Of a stretch of DNA of 32,000 nt, positions 1-7,899 are shown in pieces (position 1 is the first letter of the stretch; each line of letters starts with the position of its first letter). Under the pieces are notes generated by a model that was given only the letters and a program-made list of their open reading frames with translations, did no database searches and was not told the origin of the DNA. The DNA is from Fibrobacter succinogenes subsp. succinogenes S85 (GTDB taxonomy: Bacteria > Fibrobacterota > Fibrobacteria > Fibrobacterales > Fibrobacteraceae). The translations under genes were made by a program, and so were the position numbers. The stretch is from positions 3,360,001 to 3,392,000 of the forward strand of contig NC_017448.1 in assembly GCF_000146505.1 (NCBI RefSeq), given 5' to 3'.

Positions 1-67
1 GAACTGTCATGAGATTGCTCCCACTAGCACCTCAAGCTAGCGTGTCTACCAATTCCACCACGACCGC
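1..67 (-). tRNA. tRNA-Leu(GAG), partial copy whose 3' end runs off the left window edge
   Basis: nt 1-67 are identical to nt 238-304 of the complete copy. The reverse complement reads GCGGTCGTGGTGGAATTGGTAGACACGCTAGCTTGAGGTGCTAGTGGGAGCAATCTCATGACAGTTC, giving the acceptor 5' strand, D-arm, anticodon arm with loop TTGAGGT and the start of a long variable arm. Confidence 0.85.
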
Positions 68-188
68 GTGGTCCTTAGCGGAACGAACTCAAAGATAGTA
101 TAATTTTTTGATTTTGGAAACTCTTGTTGCAAAAATAATTGATTTTTTTTCGATGTTGTCGCGTCATGTTTGGGGCGATACAACAAAC

Positions 189-214
189 AAAAAAGACCCG
201 ATTTTCATCGAGTC
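189..214 (-). terminator. Intrinsic terminator downstream of the complete tRNA-Leu (hairpin usable on both strands)
   Basis: The minus strand reads GACTCGA-TGAAAA-TCGGGTC (7-bp stem including one G.U) followed by TTTTTT. The plus strand also has a T5 run at 215-219. Confidence 0.6.
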
Positions 215-220
215 TTTTTC

Positions 221-304
221 TGCGGTCGGACAGACTTGAACTGTCATGAGATTGCTCCCACTAGCACCTCAAGCTAGCGTGTCTACCAATTCCACCACGA
301 CCGC
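221..304 (-). tRNA. tRNA-Leu, anticodon GAG, class II with long variable arm
   Basis: The reverse complement is GCGGTCGTGGTGGAATTGGTAGACACGCTAGCTTGAGGTGCTAGTGGGAGCAATCTCATGACAGTTCAAGTCTGTCCGACCGCA. It has acceptor GCGGTCG/CGACCGC, anticodon stem CTAGC/GCTAG with loop TT-GAG-GT, T-arm GACAG-TTCAAGT-CTGTC and discriminator A. No CCA is encoded. Confidence 0.95.
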
Positions 305-327
305 GTGGTCCTTAGCGGAACGGCACA

Positions 328-356
328 AATTTAGTTTAAATGTTTGATCTTGTAAA
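328..356 (-). promoter_or_regulatory. Candidate sigma-70-type promoter for the complete tRNA-Leu
   Basis: The minus strand reads TTTACA, a 17-nt spacer, then TAAATT. The predicted start is about 7 nt downstream and coincides with the start of the 18-nt leader conserved upstream of both tRNA copies. Confidence 0.4.
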
Positions 357-403
357 GGGGTTTGTGCGCATTTTTATCAATTTTTTTGCGCGAGGGCTTT
401 GCC

Positions 404-1765
404 TTATACCTCTGCAACAAGCTTGTCAAACACCTGCCCGCGGACTTTGTAGTTCTTGAACAGCCCAAAGCTTGCGCATGCGGGGCTCATAATGACCGTT
501 CCGCCTTCGCCAATGTTCAAGCTATCTGCAAAAGCATCCTCGAGCGTGGGGAAGATGGCGGTCTTGATTCCCGCTTCGTCCACGCCAGCTTTCTTCAAGT
601 CTGCGAGCATGCGCTCGGCTGTTGCACCGATCAGCGCAACGCGCTTCAGGTTTGGGCGCTGCTTCACGAGGATTTCTGAAAGTTCCGTAAAGTCAGCGTT
701 CTTTTCAGAACCGCCGAGAATCAACGCAAACGGACGCTTCATGCTGCCTGTTGCCGCAATCGTTGCGTCCGGACGTGTGGCGTAGCTGTCGTTGTAGAAT
801 TCAATACCGCGCTTTTCGCCCTTGAATTCCATGCGGAAGGGGAGCGTTTCGTAGCTCTTGAGCGCTTCAAATGCATCGGCAACTTTAACACCCAAAGCCT
901 TGCAGGCGAGCGTTGCCGCAGCCATGTTTTCGAGCTGGTAAATGCCTCGCACTTTGCAGTCGGCGAGGTAAAGCGTAGAACCGTCAATCGTAAGTGTTGC
1001 TCCGTCAATCACGGCATCGCCGTCACCGTTGCTTGCACCATCGGCAAGGCTTACTGCGTACTTTGTCTTGGCCGGGCTTTCCGATGCAATCTTTGCCGTC
1101 GGCTCCGCGTCTTTCAGATAAACGCACGTGCCTTCGCGCTTTTGCCAGCGCACAAGATTAGCCTTTGCATCGCGGTATTCTTCAACGCTCTTGTGCCAGT
1201 CCAAATGTTCCGTTGAAACACGCAACACTACGCCTACATCTGGCGATACGGACAAAGTCATAAGCTGGAAGCTTGAAAGTTCTAAAATGCTGATACGGTC
1301 CGGAGTCTCGTCTTCAAGCAAGTCCAATGCCGGCACGCCAAAGTTTCCGCCGATGGCGTTAGCCTTACCACACTTGTCCAAAATGTGGCTGATCATGCTC
1401 ACGGTAGAACCCTTGCCGAGCGTTCCCGTGACACCTACTGTCGCTTTAGATTGAGTTTGTTCTAAAAACAGCTGGATCTGGCTCGTCATGAGTCCGCCGT
1501 TCATCTGGAACTTGAAAAGCTCCGGACTCATCGGATAAACACCAGCCGAACGCACGACCGTCACGCAGTCCTTGAGCCCGTCCAAATAGTTTTCACCACT
1601 GCTGACCTTGACGTTCACGCCCGCAGGCACATCCGGGAGTGTCACCGGGTTCTTGTCCATCACGACAATGTCCTTGATGCCTTCGCGGAAAAGGTAATGC
1701 AACGTGCTCTGACCTTCAACGCCAAAGCCCAAAATTCCAACCGGAGAAACGAGTGTGTTTTGCAT
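404..1765 (-). CDS. murD: MurD-like Mur ligase (UDP-N-acetylmuramoyl-L-alanine--D-glutamate ligase family)
   Basis: 453 aa with an N-terminal Rossmann-like GILGFGVEGQS and a P-loop GVTGTLGKGST. It carries ILELSSFQL and TEHLDWH motifs and a C-terminal MSPACASFGLFKNYKVRG that closely matches E. coli MurD LSPACASLDQFKNFEQRG. Confidence 0.8.
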   Translation of the reverse strand: MQNTLVSPVGILGFGVEGQSTLHYLFREGIKDIVVMDKNPVTLPDVPAGVNVKVSSGENYLDGLKDCVTVVRSAGVYPMSPELFKFQMNGGLMTSQIQLFLEQTQSKATVGVTGTLGKGSTVSMISHILDKCGKANAIGGNFGVPALDLLEDETPDRISILELSSFQLMTLSVSPDVGVVLRVSTEHLDWHKSVEEYRDAKANLVRWQKREGTCVYLKDAEPTAKIASESPAKTKYAVSLADGASNGDGDAVIDGATLTIDGSTLYLADCKVRGIYQLENMAAATLACKALGVKVADAFEALKSYETLPFRMEFKGEKRGIEFYNDSYATRPDATIAATGSMKRPFALILGGSEKNADFTELSEILVKQRPNLKRVALIGATAERMLADLKKAGVDEAGIKTAIFPTLEDAFADSLNIGEGGTVIMSPACASFGLFKNYKVRGQVFDKLVAEV

Positions 1766-1832
1766 AAAAATCCTTGATGTAAATCCGATTAAAATTTAGC
1801 AACCCTTATCAAAAGTGGGTGCTTGAATAATC

Positions 1833-1867
1833 AAAAACAAAAAAATCCGCTCTCTTTCGAGGGCGGA
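1833..1867 (-). terminator. Intrinsic terminator of the tpiA-secG unit
   Basis: The minus strand reads TCCGCCCTC-GAAA-GAGAGCGGA (9-bp stem including one G.U) followed by TTTTTTTGTTTTTG, about 47 nt past the secG stop. Confidence 0.85.
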
Positions 1868-1914
1868 CTTCTGAATGCGGTTTGACCGACTTGAAATCAA
1901 GTCAATCTAAACTT

Positions 1915-2412
1915 TTACTTGGCTTTCTTCTTGCCTTTCTTGGCCTTCGGAGCTTCTGCCGGAGCAGCAGCTTCAGGAGCCGGAGCGGCTTCGGCCTTCA
2001 CTTCGGCGGCAGGAGCGACCGGAGCTTCTGCCTTGACTTCAGCGGCAGCCGGTGCAGCAGGAGCTGCTTCAGCCGGAGCGTTGAATGTTGCCGGGAGAGT
2101 CGGAATGGCAGGAGCCTGTTCTGCAGCGCTTTCTCGAGTTGCCTTCTGCATGGTCGATTCTTCAACAGTCTGATCCTGCTTTGCCGTGATAAGGCTAAGA
2201 GCGAAAACCACGATGAAGAAAATCACAGCAACGACACGGGTCAACTTCTGGATGAAGGTCGCTGCGCCGGCGGTAGAAAATGCAGATTGCGAAGTCATGC
2301 CACCGAGACCTGCCAAGCCGCCCATCTTGTCGTTCTGGACGAGAACGAGGAGAGCGAGGAACAAGCAGAGAAACACGTGGAGGACGATCAATACCCAAAA
2401 GAGAGTTGTCAT
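1915..2412 (-). CDS. secG: Preprotein translocase subunit SecG with a long Ala/Pro/Glu/Lys-rich C-terminal tail
   Basis: 165 aa. The N-terminus MTTLFWVLIVLHVFLCLFLALLVLVQNDKMGGLAGLGG is the typical SecG TM1 plus Gly-rich loop, followed by a second TM. It lies directly downstream of tpiA, the conserved tpiA-secG arrangement. Confidence 0.85.
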   Translation of the reverse strand: MTTLFWVLIVLHVFLCLFLALLVLVQNDKMGGLAGLGGMTSQSAFSTAGAATFIQKLTRVVAVIFFIVVFALSLITAKQDQTVEESTMQKATRESAAEQAPAIPTLPATFNAPAEAAPAAPAAAEVKAEAPVAPAAEVKAEAAPAPEAAAPAEAPKAKKGKKKAK

Positions 2413-2445
2413 TTGTGACGTTCCTTTCGTTAAAATCGTTAAAAG

Positions 2446-3207
2446 TTACTTGGCTTCAGCAGCGTCGATGATTTCCTTGAAGGTGTTAGCCTTGAGGCCT
2501 GCACCACCAATGAGACCGCCGTCGATGTCCTTCTGAGCGAGGAGGCCAGCTGCGTTGGCACCCTTCATGGAGCCACCGTACTGAATGCGCATGCCTTCTG
2601 CAACAGCTTCGCCGTAGATTTCCTTAACAACGGAGCGGACGTAAGCCTGAGTTTCTTCAGCCTGTTCGTCGGTAGCGGTAACGCCAGTACCGATTGCCCA
2701 AACCGGTTCGTATGCGAGAACGCACTTAGCAGCGTCTTCAGCAGAAACGTCCTTGAAAGCGCCCTTGATCTGGAGGCCGAGAACTTCCTTGAGGATGCCG
2801 CCGTTGCGCTGGTCGAGAGTTTCACCAATGCAGATGATCGGCTTGAGGCCAGCTTCGAGAGTCTTCTTGACCTTGAGGTTCACGGTTTCTTCCGTTTCGT
2901 GGAAGTACTGACGCTGTTCGGAGTGACCGATGATCACGTATTCAGCACCGATTTCCTTGACCATGTCAATGGAAACCTTACCAGTGTATGCGCCCTGGTC
3001 CTTCCAGTGGATGTCCTGGATAGCGAGCTTCACGTTCGTGCCCTTCACGACGTCTGCAACCTTAGCAGCAGCGAGGTAAGTCGGAGCGATCACGACTTCG
3101 GTCTTCTTCACGTCCTTGACGGCTTCCACGATATCCTTAGCGAGCTGAACGGATTCGCTAACGGTCTTGTTCATCTTCCAGTTACCAGCAATGATATACT
3201 GACGCAT
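2446..3207 (-). CDS. tpiA: Triosephosphate isomerase
   Basis: 253 aa with the canonical MRQYIIAGNWKMNKT start, IIGHSERR-like IIGHSEQRQ, AYEPVWAIGTG and YGGS motifs. An AAGGAG RBS lies upstream. Confidence 0.97.
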   Translation of the reverse strand: MRQYIIAGNWKMNKTVSESVQLAKDIVEAVKDVKKTEVVIAPTYLAAAKVADVVKGTNVKLAIQDIHWKDQGAYTGKVSIDMVKEIGAEYVIIGHSEQRQYFHETEETVNLKVKKTLEAGLKPIICIGETLDQRNGGILKEVLGLQIKGAFKDVSAEDAAKCVLAYEPVWAIGTGVTATDEQAEETQAYVRSVVKEIYGEAVAEGMRIQYGGSMKGANAAGLLAQKDIDGGLIGGAGLKANTFKEIIDAAEAK

Positions 3208-3325
3208 AATTAACTCCTTGAGAGGTTTAAAATTTAACGCGCGTAAATGTAGAAAATTTTATGGATTTGAGTAGGCAGGATTGTGTTTCAGGAGGTCTTT
3301 TAGCCTTTCTTACGGCCTAGATCTG

Positions 3326-6199
3326 CTACCTGTTGTCAAGTTTAAGCAAAAGGGAATCCAAACGGTAAGTGTAGAGCTTGGCTCCTTCATCGCAAAGGTG
3401 CTGCGAGTCTTCGTTCATCCCATTGGTGTAGTCGTGTAGACCGTCCTTGTTTTCGTCGAACAGGACAAAATTCGAATATGTCTTTTCCATCTTGACGAAT
3501 TCGCCGATTAGAGAATCGGTTATACTGCGGTTCATACCTGAGTAACCAAACATCGAGGAATTTTTGTATGCAGGAGACTGTGGGAGGATTGTCCCGATGA
3601 CTGTTACACCTCGTTTGGCCGACTCTTCAATGATGGTCTTTAGGGAATTCATAGAGCTGTTGATGATTTCTTGTCCAGGATCGCTAATGGTTGCTCCAAA
3701 GTTTGCCCCTGGCCACGATTTTGAGCAAGAAGTTTGCAATTGACCTCTGGATGCGATAATATTGTCGCAACGACTTGGCGACGGATAGAGTATGCCTTCT
3801 TTCGTAGCCTCGTATAAAGGTGTAATATCTTCTTCACCTGCCCAGTAATCATGATTCTTGTCATATACGAATCCAGGATATAACAGGTATTTTGCATTAG
3901 CGTCGTTGTCTGCGAACCAGTTGTTATCTTTGGCAGACGCTGTTTTCCACCAAAAATCCAAATCGAGCGACACTACCACATACTTCAGTTTTTTGTAGTG
4001 GGGCCAAATGTATTTCATCAAGATGTCTTTTGACATATGGATCGTGCATGAAGCAAGACCTAAGTTTACCCCAGTGAATTTGCTGTTAAGTCTTGTGGGG
4101 TAAACAGCGTTTAGAGGGCGCGAAGACCCTAAGACAACTACATTGGCGGAATCGGCAAACTGCCACAAAAGTTCCATCTTGTATCGTATAATGAAGTCCT
4201 TGAACTGGGCGTAGCTGAATGCGTATATTCCGGCGCTGTCGGGATCCAAGACTAGGCTGTATTTGCTGGAACTTGATGATTCTGGTTCGGAATTTCCGCT
4301 TGAAGAACTATTGGGGGCGATTTCGCTAGAAGAGCTGCTTTTTTCGACCGCAGGCGTAGACTGTTCTATCCAAAGAACCGGATGCCATAATTCATCGCTT
4401 TCTACAAGTTCAACAATTTTTTTCGTTTCCATGTCTATTAAGACAATTTTTTTATGGGACATGTTTTTGTCGGTAAGTGTTGCCACTGCAGCATTTTTGC
4501 CGGTCACCCATTCCGTATGATCATAGGAATAGCCTGCTGGGGACGCAACTGCATCCACTAACTTTCCTTTGCTATCCATTACAAGAATTTGTTCGTGAGT
4601 CCCGTATTTTTGGCCGACAAACTTTTGACCTGTAGAACCACCAAAATCGAGGAATAAAGTCCGGCTTGAACCATCGCTGGCAAGAGAAACGTTGCAGGCC
4701 TGTTCTTTGTTGTACCAGACGTCGTATTTAACCTTGTCAGGCTCGTTCCAAGTGGCGACACGCAAAAGCTTCGAACCGGTTACCGCAAGTCCCTCTGTTA
4801 CGCCTCCGTTAAAACTTCCCTTTAGCAATAGCCGGGGCGTGCCGAACTTTCCCCTTGCGAAAGGTACAACCCAAGTGCTGTATCCAGCCCAAGTCAAGGA
4901 ATCCTTGTTGCTTCCTGCATCAGATACATACACTATAACGGTATCGCCGGATTCTAATACCCTAAATCGCGGTATAGCGGCATTTTCTACGGGGAGTTCT
5001 ACTTTCCCGGAACAGGCGGAATCCAAGTGGCAAACATAAACTTTTGATTTTCCGGGTAGTCCTTCAATTTGGGTGCTGAACGCGACATAATTGCCATCGG
5101 GAGATACGTCAGGATGGAATGCGCTTGTCGCATTTTCAATTTCAACGGCCCTGGAAGCATTCTTGGTGTAATCGATTAATGTCAGTTTCTCGGTAACATC
5201 GTTTCTAAATACGAGTTTCGCCTTTGCTTTTTTGGCGTTTAAAGTTTCCAAAATAGATTCTGTGGTTGCTACTATGTTTATCTTGACTGTATTCACTTTC
5301 CCAGAGGGGTCTAGCTGAAGTGGATTGTCGATGGCTCCAAGCACTAGCCTGAAACCTACATAATCAGCGCTAGAATTCATCGCGATAGGATACACATCTC
5401 GACGCGTGTTGATATTGATGTCGTTGGGTGACAACCGATAGTTTCCGCCCTTTATCATGTTTTCTTTTAAACTATTGGGAGCGGAGGCGCCAACATAGTT
5501 TGTCAGTGTCGTGTCTTTAAAATCCGCAAGCCATCCATCCACCCATTCGGCAACATTTCCTGTCATATTGCAGACAACATCTGGATTTTCTTCAAATTTG
5601 ACATTCGAACCGTCTAGTCCGGGGATGGAACAAACTTCGTGTGCCTCTGATGAAGAATTATCTGCATTCCAGGAATTTTCAACATCCCAGAATTTTTTGG
5701 CGACATATATCCACTCGGCTTCCGTTGGTAGTCGATAGCCAGATACTTCGTAGTGAGTGGCTAGTCCTTCTAGAAATACGCACCTTCCCGAGGGGGTGAA
5801 ATTGGAATTCGCATAAGTATATACGGTGTCACGCCCTTCGCTTTTACTTAATGCGTTGGCGTACAAAACCGCGTCGTAGAAATTAACATCGACTTTGGGG
5901 AGGTTCTTTTCTTTTTCCGGTACATTGCCACCCATGAGGTCGGCGTACTGTTCTCTAGTTACTTCGGTGCGACTAATGTAGAAGTCGTAATCCAGTTGGA
6001 CCGTCATCGTAACGTTAGATTCGTCAGAGGCGTCTGTCAAAGATACCGTTTTAGGACCTTTCTGCTTTACAAAACCTTCTATGGATGGTTCTTCATCTTC
6101 AATGTCATTGTGACATTCACTAGAATTGCTATGGGAACAACTTGTCCAGAGACCGAATGCCAACAATGAAATAACGCCGAAAGTAATCGCCTTTTTCAT
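3326..6199 (-). CDS. Multidomain lipoprotein: N-terminal FGE-sulfatase (SUMF1-like) domain, PD40/TolB-like beta-propeller region, Ser-rich linker and an uncharacterised C-terminal domain
   Basis: 957 aa with a lipoprotein-type signal MKKAITFGVISLLAFGLWTSC. FGE-sulfatase motifs are ISRTEVTREQYADLMGG, GYRLPTEAEWIYVAKK, GNVAEWVDGW, GGNYRL and VGFRLVLG. A PD40-like PDVSPDGNYVAFST is present, and a linker SSSSSEIAPNSSSSGNSEPESSSSS. The gene is AT-richer than its neighbours. Confidence 0.8.
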   Translation of the reverse strand: MKKAITFGVISLLAFGLWTSCSHSNSSECHNDIEDEEPSIEGFVKQKGPKTVSLTDASDESNVTMTVQLDYDFYISRTEVTREQYADLMGGNVPEKEKNLPKVDVNFYDAVLYANALSKSEGRDTVYTYANSNFTPSGRCVFLEGLATHYEVSGYRLPTEAEWIYVAKKFWDVENSWNADNSSSEAHEVCSIPGLDGSNVKFEENPDVVCNMTGNVAEWVDGWLADFKDTTLTNYVGASAPNSLKENMIKGGNYRLSPNDININTRRDVYPIAMNSSADYVGFRLVLGAIDNPLQLDPSGKVNTVKINIVATTESILETLNAKKAKAKLVFRNDVTEKLTLIDYTKNASRAVEIENATSAFHPDVSPDGNYVAFSTQIEGLPGKSKVYVCHLDSACSGKVELPVENAAIPRFRVLESGDTVIVYVSDAGSNKDSLTWAGYSTWVVPFARGKFGTPRLLLKGSFNGGVTEGLAVTGSKLLRVATWNEPDKVKYDVWYNKEQACNVSLASDGSSRTLFLDFGGSTGQKFVGQKYGTHEQILVMDSKGKLVDAVASPAGYSYDHTEWVTGKNAAVATLTDKNMSHKKIVLIDMETKKIVELVESDELWHPVLWIEQSTPAVEKSSSSSEIAPNSSSSGNSEPESSSSSKYSLVLDPDSAGIYAFSYAQFKDFIIRYKMELLWQFADSANVVVLGSSRPLNAVYPTRLNSKFTGVNLGLASCTIHMSKDILMKYIWPHYKKLKYVVVSLDLDFWWKTASAKDNNWFADNDANAKYLLYPGFVYDKNHDYWAGEEDITPLYEATKEGILYPSPSRCDNIIASRGQLQTSCSKSWPGANFGATISDPGQEIINSSMNSLKTIIEESAKRGVTVIGTILPQSPAYKNSSMFGYSGMNRSITDSLIGEFVKMEKTYSNFVLFDENKDGLHDYTNGMNEDSQHLCDEGAKLYTYRLDSLLLKLDNR

Positions 6200-6334
6200 T
6201 TCCCCAAATTGCGCTAGTTAAGGTCAAAACTTCTAAAAAAAGAGATTGATTTATTTCAGCCTCTTTTTTGCTGATGTAAACATAAATGTAACTTAAAAAA
6301 AAAGTTTTGACAACTCAAAAACACAGGCGTTTGC

Positions 6335-6371
6335 AAAAAAAAATTCCCCTCGGCGGTTAAACCAAGGGGAG
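6335..6371 (-). terminator. Intrinsic terminator of the 147-aa lipoprotein gene
   Basis: The minus strand reads TCCCCT-(14-nt loop)-AGGGGA followed by a T9 run, about 20 nt past the stop at 6392. Confidence 0.6.
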
Positions 6372-6391
6372 CAGTTGTTTATAAGCAACGA

Positions 6392-6835
6392 TTAGTGATC
6401 GTACGTGCTAGAGCGAGCAGAGCTCGGAGCCGGAGATCCACCATAGCGGTCGCCTTCGATCTTGTCGAGGACCTTTTCTCCTTCGTAGCCTTTCAAGCGA
6501 GCCTGTTCCGGATACTTCCAGAAGAGACGCGTGATGAGCTTTCCTTCAGCGGTGTAGTATTCCCAGACCATGCCATCGGCAGTTTCGTGATCGGGAGGTC
6601 CCCACAGGAGGTTCACCATGTCGGTCGTCATGCCTTCTTCGATGTAACCCTGCTTGAAGGTGTTCTGCAAGTGCTTGTCGATGCCCATGCTTTCCTTGGA
6701 AATGAAGTACTCGCGTTCGTATTCGTTCTGACCGACACCGCGTTCAATCAACACCGGCGACGAATACTTGCTGTTCGTACAACCAAAGAGCATGAGCGCA
6801 CCGAAGGAAATAGCGCACAGATGTGAAAATTTCAT
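6392..6835 (-). CDS. Small lipoprotein of unknown function (possible BamE/SmpA-OmlA-like fold)
   Basis: 147 aa with a signal plus lipobox MKFSHLCAISFGALMLFGC. The segment GMTTDMVNLLWGPPDHETADGMVWEYY resembles the SmpA/OmlA core motif. This rests on motif recall only. Confidence 0.6.
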   Translation of the reverse strand: MKFSHLCAISFGALMLFGCTNSKYSSPVLIERGVGQNEYEREYFISKESMGIDKHLQNTFKQGYIEEGMTTDMVNLLWGPPDHETADGMVWEYYTAEGKLITRLFWKYPEQARLKGYEGEKVLDKIEGDRYGGSPAPSSARSSTYDH

Positions 6836-6915
6836 TGGATCTCCTTGTATTTGATGACCACAAAATAAGAATTTATTGCGCGAGTAGCTAAATAATTTTT
6901 AGATTTTACACTGAA

Positions 6916-7899
6916 ATGAATAAGATTAACGCTTTGTTTAAAATTATTTTACTTAATGTCGCGATTTGGAGTTCCCTTTGCTTTGGTGCCGTGGGTGTAG
7001 ACCAGTCTAGCCTGGTCGGCTTGCGTTACGGACCGAACTTGTCTTGGGGGGGGATGGTAAACACGCCGATTGTATGGGGACAGTGGGTGCCTCAGGCAAA
7101 TGTGGGAGTGCGTTATACGTGGCTTGAACCTTTGGGATTGTTGAATTACGGGGAACCGCTCGGCTTTGCATCGGCGTACCTCAAAATGGAAGCTTCTGTA
7201 GAAGTTTCACCGTTCTATGGAGGGTACCGTGCCGGTCTTGGGCTTCGTCCGTTTCGAGTGAATCCGCAGATTGATTTCAATTTTGTCTACGAGAGTTATT
7301 TCTATTTCAAGTCTAATTTGGAAATGGTCAATGCCGATGTCAAGGGTGGCGGCCACATTGCAGAAACCTGGAATTCCGAGTACATTCTGGACAACGTGGG
7401 GCATTCGAATTCTGATTTTGACTATGCCCAGCTTTTTGACATGAGCATTGACATTAGCTACTCCTTGCCGCATGGTGGCGTTATCGGTATCGGGGCGCAT
7501 TATGTACTTTCCGATATCAGCACAGACTTTGAAGGAAAAAGCTACGACTACGAACGCAATATTCCGGTATTTAGCCGCGATTACATCGTAGAAATCCAGA
7601 GCTTTGGACGTTTTCCCTTGAGCGAAAATGTGGCTTTCGTCTATGAAGGCATGTACCTGAAAACGGGCCTTTTGCGCAGTGGTGGTAGCGTCAAAAAGGA
7701 ATCGTTAAGCTATCGAATGGTGCTGCTCGGATCCCACATTTCGTGGAATGATGGACTCCGCAATGTCATAGTCAAGGGTGGCATGTGGAGTCGCGATAAG
7801 AAGCGTTTCTATAATGGTTCATTCGCTCAGCAATTTTTGATTCAGCTTGAGTATCAGGGGTATTTTTCTTTCCCCTTCCACAGCAATTTTTCCAAATAA
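6916..7899 (+). CDS. Secreted hypothetical protein, possibly an outer-membrane beta-barrel
   Basis: 327 aa with an N-terminal signal peptide MNKINALFKIILLNVAIWSSLCFGA. It is rich in aromatic/Gly alternating segments and has a beta-signal-like IQLEYQGYF close to the C-terminus. It contains a G8 tract at 7046-7053. Confidence 0.6.
   Translation: MNKINALFKIILLNVAIWSSLCFGAVGVDQSSLVGLRYGPNLSWGGMVNTPIVWGQWVPQANVGVRYTWLEPLGLLNYGEPLGFASAYLKMEASVEVSPFYGGYRAGLGLRPFRVNPQIDFNFVYESYFYFKSNLEMVNADVKGGGHIAETWNSEYILDNVGHSNSDFDYAQLFDMSIDISYSLPHGGVIGIGAHYVLSDISTDFEGKSYDYERNIPVFSRDYIVEIQSFGRFPLSENVAFVYEGMYLKTGLLRSGGSVKKESLSYRMVLLGSHISWNDGLRNVIVKGGMWSRDKKRFYNGSFAQQFLIQLEYQGYFSFPFHSNFSK

Noticed and set aside
1-322. 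Direct repeats of about 85 nt (tRNA plus leader) as possible attL/attR ends of an integrated element
   Set aside because: Only about 135 non-coding nucleotides lie between the copies and no integrase or cargo is present. This is a simple tandem tRNA gene duplication.
6395-6826. 143-aa plus-strand ORF mirroring the 147-aa lipoprotein gene, and similar mirror ORFs over recA (9286..9822), murD (456..785, 1128..1454) and tpiA (2899..3213)
   Set aside because: The opposite-strand genes have strong signatures (lipobox, RecA, MurD and TpiA motifs). The mirror ORFs are Arg/Ser/His-rich and lack starts with RBS support.
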